A model generated the notes under the pieces. It made no database searches, was not told the origin of the DNA, and saw only the letters and a program-made list of their open reading frames with translations. Below, piece by piece: positions 38,850-48,554 of a DNA stretch of 64,000 bases (positions are counted from its first letter, which is position 1; every line of letters starts with the position of its first letter). This stretch comes from a virus. The stretch spans positions 32,001 to 96,000 of IMG/VR virus record IMGVR_UViG_3300025012_000031; one strand, given 5' to 3'. The position numbers and the translations under genes were made by a program.

Positions 38850-38928
38850 TGGTAGGCCAGGTGGGAGTCGAACCCACAAAAACATCTGCTTTTGAAACAG
38901 ACCGCAATACCAGTTAGCGTACTGACCC
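38850..38928 (-). tRNA. tRNA-Leu(CAA), short variable region
   Basis: TCTGT-TTCAAAA-GCAGA; CCA. Confidence 0.85.
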
Positions 38929-39082
38929 ATGTTTAATTTTCACATAACGAACGTCTGGTTTAGTCTGTTTACATTTATCACAAGTTAATGTTCCGTCCCA
39001 ATTATCATAAAGGGACATTTCTTTAAAGGTTCCACCACAAGAACATTTCTCGTTTAATTTTACATTCATTCGTTTTTCTCCT

Positions 39083-39125
39083 TGGTAGCCACAGAGGGAT
39101 TCGAACCCATCACTGTCTGGCTTCT
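39083..39125 (-). pseudogene. 3' half of a split tRNA-Leu
   Basis: AGAAGCCAGACAGTGATGGGTTCGAATCCCTCTGTGGCTACCA; pairs with 39755..39779. Confidence 0.85.
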
Positions 39126-39131
39126 TATGAG

Positions 39132-39206
39132 TGCGCCACCCGGGGGTCGAACCCGGAAGCAGCTGATTCTAAGTCAGCTAGGTATGCCAATTCCCTTCAG
39201 CGGCGC
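39132..39206 (-). tRNA. tRNA-Leu(UAG) carried by HNH cassette
   Basis: GCTGA-CTTAGAA-TCAGC. Confidence 0.88.
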
Positions 39207-39698
39207 ATTTTTCTTTCTTCTAAACGTTGGTGTCTGTGAATGACAATTCGGACACAATATCCTCAAATTAAGTTTAGAATTGTCTTTGTTATTACCGTTT
39301 ATGTGATCTAATTCAAAAGATATCGGTTTTCCGTTCCAATCGCTAATACCACACCAAAGACAAGAATTATTCTGTTCTTCAAGAATAATTCGTCTTTTTA
39401 TTGCTTCTGAAAAATCTTCAAATTTACCAAAATTAATTTTTCGTTGTAAATTTTCTGATTTTTTATTTTTTGCTTTTTTACGATCTTCTATGGTAAAAAT
39501 TTTCCGCCTTTTATCAAAGCCTTTCTTAAAAGGACAACCACCGGAAGCAGATTGACGGCCCTTCAATTTTTCGCTGACGCGTTGATTAATTTCTTCTCTT
39601 TTGTTTTTAGTAGAAAATCCACGGGCACATATTGACGAACAGAATCTACCAGACCCATAAAGACCATCATGATCCTTATTACAGTTTTCACAAATCAT
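39174..39698 (-). mobile_element. HNH homing endonuclease
   Basis: CLWC...ELDHINGNNKDN..NLRILCPNCH; last codons lie inside tRNA-Leu(UAG). Confidence 0.92.
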
Positions 39699-39754
39699 TT
39701 TTGAACTCCCAGAATATATTTTTATTTTATTTTATTTATATTCTGTGGGTTCAA

Positions 39755-39779
39755 TCTGCCGTAGTTGGGCTATGTGGCC
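39755..39779 (-). pseudogene. 5' portion of a split tRNA-Leu
   Basis: GGCCACATAGCCCAACTACGGCAGA; GGCCACA pairs with TGTGGCT at 39087-39093. Confidence 0.85.
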
Positions 39780-40126
39780 ATACTTTTACTATGTGATGCT
39801 ACAATTAGAGACTTCCCAATTGCAAAACGGATTCTCAATACAACGTCGAACCTTCTTCATGAGAATTCCAACCTTATCAACAGCATCTCCAAATCGAACG
39901 ATTGTGTCAGGACGATATAGTTGTCCGTTAACGAATAACGGAATCTTTTCAAATTCATCATTCGTCATTTCATCAAATGACGGTTCAATTTGAATGTGTT
40001 CGTTCTTTATCTCGGAAATGATTTCGCCTTCTGTTGCAATATGCTCAAAGTATCTGGCATTTGCTCTGTAGTAAAATCTTTCAAGTGATGTCATTTAATT
40101 TCACTCCATTTATAATTGTTTGTGAG

Positions 40127-40203
40127 TACCCGCAGGGAGATTCGAACTCACCACTTAGTAGGTCTTAAATCTACTGCCTCTGCCTTAGTTGGGCTATGCG
40201 GGC
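40127..40203 (-). tRNA. tRNA-Leu(UAA), short variable region
   Basis: GTAGA-TTTAAGA-CCTAC. Confidence 0.85.
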
Positions 40204-40213
40204 AAAATATTTG

Positions 40214-40242
40214 TGGAGCTGGCCGGGGTCGAACCGGCACTC
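40214..40242 (-). pseudogene. orphan 3' end of Ala-type tRNA
   Basis: GCCGG-TTCGACC-CCGGC-CAGCTCC-A directly after endonuclease stop. Confidence 0.7.
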
Positions 40243-40911
40243 TTACCAATTTTCTATTTTAATTTTTAGTTCTTCCAAAGACAAAGAACACTTCATATTC
40301 TTTTTCATATTATCAGTGTGTGGCATCAAGATACAATTTGCGGGATGCGCTATGATCTCTGGAGAAATATCATTATTCCAACCGAACTTTATTGAAATAG
40401 CATGATCTCTTGAAATACCGTTCGGATTATCACCGCGATTCTTTGCTTTATACCAACCATGAACACCGATTAGACCAAAATCAAATTTATCAGGAAAATC
40501 ATTTAAAGAAAACTTGAATTGACAATCACGGCGATAATTCTTATAATCATCGCCTAAACATTTCTTCGCTCTTCTTTTGCCCCTCATAATGTTTGATAAT
40601 TTTATAGCGCTACTTGCTATAGATGGGTGATCTTTTTTCTGTTTTCCTTTATTCCAGATCGGAACATTATTTGGATTCAGATTATGTTGATTCCCAATAT
40701 CGGTATGCGATCTCCAATAATGAAAACTAATACCCATCTTTGGTCTTAACTTATTACAAATGGGACACTTATAGAGATCGCCAATCTGTTCAAACATGCT
40801 TAATGAAATCTGGTGATCTTTTTTATTACCGCATGAAATATTGTGACGGGCGATATTATTACTAGTAAAGTTCTTTAAACATTTTTCACATGTGATTTTG
40901 GTTCGATTCAT
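40243..40911 (-). mobile_element. Zn-finger plus HNH-like homing endonuclease
   Basis: CEKC..H...C, CPIC..H...H, SRDH...HPANC...N..K; TATAAATA upstream. Confidence 0.8.
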
Positions 40912-40972
40912 AAAATATCCTTTTTAGAATATTTATAAATGCTCTACCAAAATCACTATAATTTTGTTTTTG

Positions 40973-41046
40973 TGGACCGAGAGGGAATCGAACCCTTCAA
41001 GTCAGGAAGCGTGCAAGGCCACCCCGTAACCCCATTACTTCAGCCC
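40973..41046 (-). tRNA. tRNA-Ala(UGC), weak anticodon stem
   Basis: G3:U70, loop CTTGCAC, A73. Confidence 0.75.
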
Positions 41047-41117
41047 ATCTAAAAATATTATTTATTGTTTTGGGTTTGTTCAGCTTTCGACGGCATATCA
41101 GAATCAGAACGAATTCA

Positions 41118-41489
41118 TTAACTTAATAATCGATCCTGCTTCACCACTGAACGTGAGTCGCGATTTGGTGTAACATCAATTCTTGGCATTACGCTCAGGT
41201 CACAATAATCTCGATTCTCATAATTATGTTTGTCCCAGTCAAAAGCATAAGCTTTTCTACCATGTGGTTTCTGTTGTCCAACATCCCACCAAACTCTCCA
41301 ACGGACGGCACCCGAGGCCTCAAAAACAGCAAAAGCTAAATCATCCGATGAAGCAGCATCAGAAGTCCACGGCACTGCGATCAAATCATAGTCTCTTGAA
41401 AGACTTCCGTGTACACCGATTGCATATCCAAGCGCTCTTGCTGCTTCTCTAATCTTTGGAAGCAGTTCGAGGAAACCTTCTTTTGTCAT
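41118..41489 (-). CDS. nucleotidyltransferase-like hypothetical protein
   Basis: GYAIGVHGSLSRDYDLIAVPW (GS...DxD). Confidence 0.55.
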   Translation of the reverse strand: MTKEGFLELLPKIREAARALGYAIGVHGSLSRDYDLIAVPWTSDAASSDDLAFAVFEASGAVRWRVWWDVGQQKPHGRKAYAFDWDKHNYENRDYCDLSVMPRIDVTPNRDSRSVVKQDRLLS

Positions 41490-41648
41490 ATCATTCCTTA
41501 GCGGTGTTGGGCTTGATACCAACTCTCTTTCGTTCAAGAAAGACTACCTTCAGTTACTGAACCATCCAGCGGCATTATCCGGTTGAGGTCATTTCCAGAA
41601 GCTATCTCATGTGTCCATCCACATCGACCGCTTTTTTGTTATAGTGAG

Positions 41649-41720
41649 TCTCCAGGGCAGGAATCGAACCTGCATTTCCCGGGTAGGAGCCGAGCGCTCT
41701 GTCCATTGAGTTACAAGGAG
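41649..41720 (-). tRNA. tRNA-Arg(CCU)
   Basis: CTCGG-CTCCTAC-CCGGG. Confidence 0.88.
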
Positions 41721-41727
41721 ATGTTTT

Positions 41728-41799
41728 TGGCCACCGCGCTGGGAGTCGAACCCAGTCAATCAGATTCAGAGTCTGATCAGAAGGCCACTTCACGCGGCA
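41728..41799 (-). tRNA. tRNA-Gln(CUG)
   Basis: TCAGA-CTCTGAA-TCTGA; G73 CCA. Confidence 0.85.
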
Positions 41800-42639
41800 A
41801 TGTTTTATGCATTTCATACCGACGAAACATCGAAATAATCATCTCTTCTGTCCAAAACACTGGAAATAGATAATCTTTCTTTGGTTGGATATTTGATCTT
41901 TTGACCTTGGGGCCGCTGTACTTGATGTAACCATAATCTTTAACAAATTCGTCCCACAACTTGAGCTGCATAATCTTTTCGAGTTCAGAAGTCATTATTC
42001 ATCCCTCCGTTTTGCGCACCTGATATCAGAAGCAAGATTCATTATCTCATTGGTGATCGGTTCAGAAATATCTTTAAGATTCTTTGAAACAGCTTCTTCT
42101 AACTCTAATTTCGATGCTATAATTTGTAAACGGATTCTAAGTTCTCTGGTGTTCATTCATTCACCGCCAAATCGGAAAGAGTGTAATGAATTCTGTTATT
42201 ACAATTTTAAGCTCTTCGAGAGCTTTTGGATTAGCGATGATATAAACGACATTCCCGAAAAAGCAACCAATGAAATAGAGAACACCGCCACCCAATGGAA
42301 TTAATGCTTCTATCTCTTCACTCCGACAAACCCAGCCAATGAATATTACAAGGGCAAAAACATGAGTCCAAAGGAAGGCGAAATATCCGAGAAAGGCTCC
42401 GAGGATAAAAAGTATCGTAAAGAAAATATGCATTATTTCATTCCCATCGGGAACTGGGTTCTGAACCGCATCTCTGTTTCAAGTTCTTTATATTTTCTAC
42501 CGTCTCCCGGTTTTATTCCGCTGATTCGATAACCGTCCTGTGTTACGTAAGAAGCATCACCGTTGACATCAAACTGAACGTTTGGAACATCTCTTCCGTC
42601 TTCCATGTTTGTTCCTCGCTTTCGTTAATTTAATTTTCG

Positions 42640-42724
42640 TCGCGATGGCGGGACTCGAACCCGCACGCCCTTTCGGACACCAGACTCTCATTCTGGCACG
42701 TTTCCCTAATTACATCACATCGCG
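42640..42724 (-). tRNA. tRNA-Leu(GAG), long variable arm
   Basis: CCAGA-ATGAGAG-TCTGG. Confidence 0.85.
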
Positions 42725-42781
42725 ATACATGACAAGACGCTCAGGGAATACCCCGATACCTTTAGTCCTGCCCTCATTATG

Positions 42782-43288
42782 TTACCAAACACCCAACCTC
42801 ACTAATTCCGCTTCAAGATTTGAAACATTACCCCTGAACACTGAAAGGAATGATGGCATTTTCGGTGTTGTACGAAGTTTCATTTTTGCTTGTGTTGGTG
42901 TTCTATTATCTTTCTTGTTGTTGCAACTAAAGCAGGCTAATACTGTGTTCTCCCATGTTGATTTACCACCTTGTGCTCGTGGGATAATATGGTCAACAGT
43001 AACGTCCTGTCCTTGTAAATCTGACTTGCCGCAGTACTGACATGTATGATCATCTCGTAATGCAACACCCCTTTTTGTCCAAGGAACCTTTGTTTTTGAT
43101 TTTCGGAAAGTTTTAATGATTGTAAGTAAACGAATAACTTTTGGTAAGAAGAAGTTCTTCGCAAGTTGTACATTCGTGTTGACTAGAACCTCGGCTTTGT
43201 CAAGGAAAACAAGACGAACCGCCTCTTTCCAATGAATCTCATTTAGCGGATTCATATCAGCATTTAATACGATGACTGGCTCAAACAT
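42782..43288 (-). CDS. HNH endonuclease (McrA-like)
   Basis: VLNAD..PL, RDDHTCQYCG, TVDHIIPRAQGGKSTWEN...C..CN. Confidence 0.92.
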   Translation of the reverse strand: MFEPVIVLNADMNPLNEIHWKEAVRLVFLDKAEVLVNTNVQLAKNFFLPKVIRLLTIIKTFRKSKTKVPWTKRGVALRDDHTCQYCGKSDLQGQDVTVDHIIPRAQGGKSTWENTVLACFSCNNKKDNRTPTQAKMKLRTTPKMPSFLSVFRGNVSNLEAELVRLGVW

Positions 43289-43349
43289 AATATCTTCCTT
43301 CCGTTGTTTACTCTATTTATTCATTTTAATTCCTCCTGATATTATTCAG

Positions 43350-43424
43350 AGATCGCGGTGGGAGTCGAACCCACTTTTCAAGCTTGAGAAGCAAGCGGCC
43401 TAACCATTCGTAGACGACGCGATC
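43350..43424 (-). tRNA. tRNA-Glu(CUC), mismatched anticodon stem
   Basis: GATCGCG/CGCGATC acceptor, loop TTCTCAA. Confidence 0.7.
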
Positions 43425-44092
43425 ATTAATCTTACTCTACCCTTTCTAAAACCTTCGGGTATTTTGTTACTATTTTTAATCTTCGTATTTTCTATACCGT
43501 TCGTAATCCACATTGTCCCAAACTGTGAATTACCACTACCCATCTGATGTTTTGAGTTAGTAGCGCCGATCTTTGCTTTTGTAGCATCAGTATGACGTTT
43601 GTTCTTAAATCCAATCTTTCCAATTTCAGAACAATGTTTGATGATCTTTTCTTTAAAAGCAGGATCATTTTTAAATTTATCGGAAAATGCAACAGAACCG
43701 TTCATTGCTCTTGATTTAAAAAATTTTCTGAATTCTGGATCATTCTTTAGTTTTTCTTGAAAGCCTTTCCTTGCCGCCGAGCAATCAGAACCGCCGCCCG
43801 TACCACCAATTTTCAAATTAATACACAACGGCATCTTTAAAAGATCTTCATTGATAATATCTTTCTCTCTCGCTGCTAATGATTTTCTATCAGAAAGATA
43901 TTCAAGAATTTCAAATGAGCAAGCTTCTTTACCGTACTTATTGATGATGTATCTGATTCGTTTTCCTGAACCCATATAACCATCATTGAGATTGTCTGTC
44001 GAATGCATACCAATATAAAATTTACCAGATGCAATATGGGTTGTCTTGTAGATGACGTGGAACTTTCTTCTGTCTGCTCTGTCAGTTTTCAT
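43400..44092 (-). mobile_element. GIY-YIG (Seg-like) homing endonuclease
   Basis: VIYKTT...FYIGMH...GYMGSG; WITNG; stop inside tRNA-Glu. Confidence 0.9.
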
Positions 44093-44143
44093 AAATACCT
44101 CCGTATAGAAGTATTTATAAAAGTATGTCAGAAATGTTAGCGG

Positions 44144-44223
44144 CAAGCGCAGGAAGACTCGAACTCCTAGGTACCGGTTTTGGAGGCCGGCTTGTGTCCC
44201 TTCACAAATTAACCACTGCGCCT
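44144..44223 (-). tRNA. tRNA-Trp(CCA), enlarged D region
   Basis: CCGGC-CTCCAAA-ACCGG; G73. Confidence 0.7.
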
Positions 44224-44238
44224 ATGTTTTAAACTTTG

Positions 44239-44310
44239 TGCAACCGACGGGAGTCGGACCCGCATTGTCTAGGTTGAAAGCCTAGGTTCCTACCGTTAGA
44301 AGACGATTGC
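44239..44310 (-). tRNA. tRNA-Glu(UUC)
   Basis: CTAGG-CTTTCAA-CCTAG. Confidence 0.88.
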
Positions 44311-44534
44311 ATGTTATTTGTTGACTCACGTGGAACGATCAAATAATCTTCCTTACACCAATCCACTTCCACATGGATGAGACGGCACAAATTCTCAACT
44401 CCCCGCATCTGGGCGCTGTTTTTCGGTGGAAGACGAGTGCCTAAATTATCTGATAATTCCGCGTCAATCAACAAATGAAGGTGTATTTTAACAAAGAACG
44501 ATGTTAATGTCAATCATTATTTTACTACAAACTA

Positions 44535-44562
44535 AAAAGGTTCTAGCAAAAGCTAGAACCTT
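44535..44562 (-). terminator. intrinsic terminator
   Basis: AAGGTTCTAGC-TTTT-GCTAGAACCTTTTT. Confidence 0.8.
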
Positions 44563-45020
44563 GGATGAGGATTCACTTCTTGCTGTAATTATGCGCCTTT
44601 GTCATTCTCCCATGCTTTACCCACGAGTGCGCGTTCTTCAAGACCTGTGGCTAAAAGAATATTGCAATTGAGTTGTGGGGAAATTCGCTGTGACATGAGT
44701 AATCCTGGCTATCGCCGATGAACGGTGATGTAACTGTTTCTACACTTGGTAGATCAGATGTTTAAAATTTTATTTATAACAGATGTAGATTTTACTTTGA
44801 TTTTCTTCCGCCAACAACTGCACCAAGAAGAACCGATGCATGTAAAAGGTCGGCGGGTGGTTGTTTCTTTTCTTTGAACCACGGCCCGAATTTGATGAGA
44901 GCCGCGACGATCAACAAGCAAGTAATGTAGATGAATAAATTCTGGTCAATCGTTTCCATTTTTATTTCTCCCATGTTGTAATTGATTATGGGTCAATTAT
45001 AACAAAGGATGAACCGAATG

Positions 45021-45302
45021 TCAACAACTTTTTTCTTTGTTTCTTGCTTCTATTTCATAGGGGTTTTTATCATACCCATATCGAATATTATACCAAAGAT
45101 ACTTTATTGAAAACTTAACGATTCCATCTCGCTTCCACTGTACCTTATGACAATCTTCATGGCGGCGCAATTCATCAGTAACACCATCTTTGTTTGAAGA
45201 GTACCATGTACATTGCCCAAGCGTGAATCCGAAAATAGTGGACCCCTCTTTAGCAACCGACTTAGCAAAAATCAAGGGTATTTTTGAATTATAGATGTCC
45301 AT
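45021..45302 (-). CDS. DUF4157-like zincin peptidase
   Basis: RHEDCHKVQW...NPYEIEAR. Confidence 0.7.
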   Translation of the reverse strand: MDIYNSKIPLIFAKSVAKEGSTIFGFTLGQCTWYSSNKDGVTDELRRHEDCHKVQWKRDGIVKFSIKYLWYNIRYGYDKNPYEIEARNKEKSC

Positions 45303-45310
45303 CGAACCTC

Positions 45311-45571
45311 TTATTCTTCCACGCTGTTAATCAATTCTTCAACATCTTTCATCCACACATCTTCACTTTGTTGTCCGAATGAGTTGACCGGAATCATCGT
45401 TGTTTTCATCAAGTCAACCATGTGCTTGACGTTCTCTGATGCTGTCTCTTTTGCATATAGATAGAAATATCCCTTTCCCTTTGTGAGAGCTAACCCAGGA
45501 TGTTTCTTTTCTAACTTCTTGTTGAATGAAATGAGTGATTCGGTTATGATAAATGTTTTGAATTTCTGCAA
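45311..45571 (-). CDS. internal-protein-like
   Basis: MQKFKTFIITE. Confidence 0.6.
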   Translation of the reverse strand: MQKFKTFIITESLISFNKKLEKKHPGLALTKGKGYFYLYAKETASENVKHMVDLMKTTMIPVNSFGQQSEDVWMKDVEELINSVEE

Positions 45572-45654
45572 AGTATTTTCCTATTGACAGGTCAATGAAT
45601 TCGTGTTATAATAGAACCATGTTCGCCGGAAAAAAGATAATATAGATGAGTCAA

Positions 45655-46032
45655 TTAGTCGAAGAAATTCGGCTTTTCTTTTTTGAGGTCGGCTGTAATT
45701 TTTGAAATGATTTCTGATCTTTCTTTATTCCAGCGAGCCGCGGCCCAGACATAGTGTATGAGACCTTTCTTAACGATCTCTAGAGTACCACCATTGATCT
45801 TCTTATCACCAGCATAGCCAACCCATCGTTTGACCGTCTTATCCTTGATCGGATTGAGATCAGCATCGACACCTTCGGCCTTCAGCTTCGTGCCACGAAA
45901 ATCAGCTACCCAGCAATTTCCATCTTTGATGAATTTGATCTTCTCAATTTCTCGCTTGAACATATTGTGAGCCATGTCACGATAGCGAGAGTCATTGTTG
46001 TCTTCAGCAAAATATTTCTTGAATCCTAGCAT
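45655..46032 (-). CDS. internal-protein-like
   Basis: MLGFKKYFAE. Confidence 0.65.
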   Translation of the reverse strand: MLGFKKYFAEDNNDSRYRDMAHNMFKREIEKIKFIKDGNCWVADFRGTKLKAEGVDADLNPIKDKTVKRWVGYAGDKKINGGTLEIVKKGLIHYVWAAARWNKERSEIISKITADLKKEKPNFFD

Positions 46033-46034
46033 AA

Positions 46035-46366
46035 TTAGACCACCTTAATCTCGATGACATAGAATTGCTTTTTCTGATTCTTGTCATCATGATATTTTCT
46101 TGATGTTGTCAAGTTGACACCGAAACGCTCAAAAAATATTTATTATAAACCCCGCCCTTAATCCAGTCATCAGCCAAATTTTCAAGTCGTTTTTTCTCGA
46201 AGAATGAGCAGGGGTACATAAGTTTTATCGTATCACCGCCAACAAGTTTCGCAAAACCATTGCCGCCACTCTCTGACATACCGAAGTCATCGCCCTGAAG
46301 TATTTTGAGTGCATCTTTAATACCGAAATTTTTATCTTCAGTAATCAATTCATAATGTCTTTTCAT
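46035..46366 (-). CDS. internal-protein-like, apparently frameshifted at a T6 run
   Basis: MKRHYELITE; -1 frame continues ERFGVNL...IEIKVV to a stop abutting next gene. Confidence 0.55.
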
Positions 46367-46650
46367 AAATCATACTTTCTTCTACCGTTCTGTGGATGAA
46401 CAGTAGGGTCTGGTTTAATAGCTGACAGCGGTATAGTCTTCTTCCGTTCTTCGACATCAAAAACATCGCCGAATTTTCCACCAGCGGCTTTGGCCAACTC
46501 AATTACTTTTGCTTTTGCTGAACTACGAGAATTCGCCTCAATAGTACCATGTTGCTTTACCTTTTCGCCGTCAACATACCAATAGCTAAAAGTCTTTTCA
46601 GCTTTGCCTTCAGCAAGAACTGTTATAACCTTATCGAAGTTATTCAGCAC
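46363..46650 (-). CDS. internal-protein-like, NNFD leader
   Basis: GAGGAG RBS, GTG start, LNNFDKVITVLAE. Confidence 0.65.
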   Translation of the reverse strand: MLNNFDKVITVLAEGKAEKTFSYWYVDGEKVKQHGTIEANSRSSAKAKVIELAKAAGGKFGDVFDVEERKKTIPLSAIKPDPTVHPQNGRRKYDL

Positions 46651-46927
46651 GCTCGATCTCCTCAAGGAAAGCGTCATAAGCAGCAATAGCAGTCTTCAGT
46701 TTCCCGACGGTTCTAACGCTATAGTTCTCGTCTGTGATTTTTGCCCAACCCATGAGCGGCTTTGACTTCAGTAGGTGACCGATGCCATACATGAAGTCGG
46801 TTGCCGTAGCGCTATCATCAAACTCTTTCACCTTTGCGACTTTCTCAATGTTCCATTCTTCGTTGATCGGTGCGGGTTTAGTTCCTTCGGACTCCTTTAT
46901 CAATTCATCATGTCTTTTCATATTCAT
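46640..46927 (-). CDS. internal-protein-like
   Basis: AAGGAG RBS; MNMKRHDELIKE. Confidence 0.65.
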   Translation of the reverse strand: MNMKRHDELIKESEGTKPAPINEEWNIEKVAKVKEFDDSATATDFMYGIGHLLKSKPLMGWAKITDENYSVRTVGKLKTAIAAYDAFLEEIERAE

Positions 46928-46934
46928 ATTCTCC

Positions 46935-48401
46935 TTAAGCGTAACGGTGGACGAGGTCTTGCCAACGAGCAACACCAGATTTTCTGATGCCGAGAGCGCC
47001 GAGGAATGTTCTCATATTGATCTGTTTATTATTGCCGCTTCCCTCTTTTTTGAGAAACTCAAGGACCTCAAGTTTCATCGCATGCTCAACATCTGGTTCG
47101 ATGTGGTCGAGAAGAGTCTCAATACGCTTGAAAATATCCTTGGCCGACAATGTAATGTCAATGGTGAAAGAACGGGAGAGGAGCGCCGGCTCCATCTTCG
47201 ACTGCGGAAGGTTCGAAATGAAGATAACCTGGCCGGAGAAGTCCACATAATTCGGGAGCTTTCCTTTCTTCGCCAAATCCAATTTTTCGTCCTCATCGAC
47301 ACCGTCAGGATCGTATGTATTCGCGTTGATCCAGGAGATACGGCGAATGGCCTTCGTGTCAAGAGCGGCCTTCAGAATGTTTCTTGCATCTGCATCCTTA
47401 AAGACGGAGTCACAGTCGTCGAATAGGATTAACTTGTTCGGACTCTTGACGAACCTAGCATACATACCGTATGCCGTAACGGAACCCGAGATGCTGAACC
47501 AATCCTCGTTTTCAACAAGACCGCTTTCTTTGATAACTTGTTCGATAACATATGTCTTACCGACACCCGCCATACCAGTGACGACCAGCGAGTTACGAAA
47601 CTTGCCAGTGACGAGCGTGGTGAGGTCTTCGAGGTCCTTGAATACAATATCTGGGTCGGCGGTTGGGGTTGCATCGAGTCTCTTCTGAGCAATATCGCCG
47701 ATATGAGAAACCTCGGGCTTACCGTGCTCACCGATAACCACAACGCCCCACTTTGCAAGGCTGATAGAATTATCAGTGGTGCGGTCAATAAGACCCTTCA
47801 GCGCCGGGTCTTTCGTTTTCATGTGCCGCCAACGGTTCGGAAGACCTTGCTTATAAACAGACTTGGTCGCAACTTTACCATTCACCGTCAATGTATATTC
47901 ACCGCTGCCGTCGGGGGCAAGGTCGATGTAACCGGTGTCTGGAAGTTCTGCTGCCGTTTCTTCAATAGGATCAACGAGATGCATCTTCAAAGATTCCTTT
48001 AGTTTGACGGGCCCGACCTTCGGGTCCTTAATTAGTTCAACAATCGCCCCAAGAACCTGGACAATGTTCTTATCTTTGAGGTCAACATGGATCGTCGGTT
48101 TGTCCCATTTTGCATTGACGTCCCAGATGTCAACGGAGTCAATTTGGTCCGACGTATTACCACGAAGCCAGTTGATTCTAAACTGCTTCTTTGCATCGTC
48201 CCCGACAAAATAACGGAGACCGTACTTCCTCTTTCCTTCGACAGAGAACTCATCAACAACACCGAATTGGTAAAGTGTTTTGTGAAGCTGCTTTTCGAGA
48301 ACTCTCTTAATGAGTTTAACGGCTCTCTCAAGTTTATCTCCAGAAAATTGGGCTTCGTTGATAATTTGCAAATAATTACTAAAGGAAAGAACTTGTCTCA
48401 T
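46935..48401 (-). CDS. AAA+ ATPase-domain protein with capsid-targeting-like N-terminus
   Basis: Walker A GMAGVGKT, Walker B LILFDDCD, IFISN, ALLSRS; late promoter hairpin. Confidence 0.85.
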   Translation of the reverse strand: MRQVLSFSNYLQIINEAQFSGDKLERAVKLIKRVLEKQLHKTLYQFGVVDEFSVEGKRKYGLRYFVGDDAKKQFRINWLRGNTSDQIDSVDIWDVNAKWDKPTIHVDLKDKNIVQVLGAIVELIKDPKVGPVKLKESLKMHLVDPIEETAAELPDTGYIDLAPDGSGEYTLTVNGKVATKSVYKQGLPNRWRHMKTKDPALKGLIDRTTDNSISLAKWGVVVIGEHGKPEVSHIGDIAQKRLDATPTADPDIVFKDLEDLTTLVTGKFRNSLVVTGMAGVGKTYVIEQVIKESGLVENEDWFSISGSVTAYGMYARFVKSPNKLILFDDCDSVFKDADARNILKAALDTKAIRRISWINANTYDPDGVDEDEKLDLAKKGKLPNYVDFSGQVIFISNLPQSKMEPALLSRSFTIDITLSAKDIFKRIETLLDHIEPDVEHAMKLEVLEFLKKEGSGNNKQINMRTFLGALGIRKSGVARWQDLVHRYA

Positions 48402-48506
48402 ATATGACCTCTCTGGTGCAGGAATTTTTAATTATTTATATTTCCTGATTCCAGAGATTTTTTAAAGTAAAATAATTAAATATCAGGTTTCTTGATCGAA
48501 GTCAAA

Positions 48507-48554
48507 CACTAAAAGGCCCAACAGTTCAATCAAGAATCCGTTGGGCCTTTTAGT
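48507..48554 (-). terminator. intrinsic terminator
   Basis: CTAAAAGGCCCAAC / GTTGGGCCTTTTAG. Confidence 0.75.

Noticed and set aside
40214-40242. tmRNA 3' end
   Set aside because: Resembles it, but no GGGGCTG 5' end or tag frame upstream; better read as a tRNA-Ala remnant
35591-44092. Group I introns in tRNA genes
   Set aside because: No room or P7-type core around the endonuclease ORFs; flanks are remnants plus whole tRNAs
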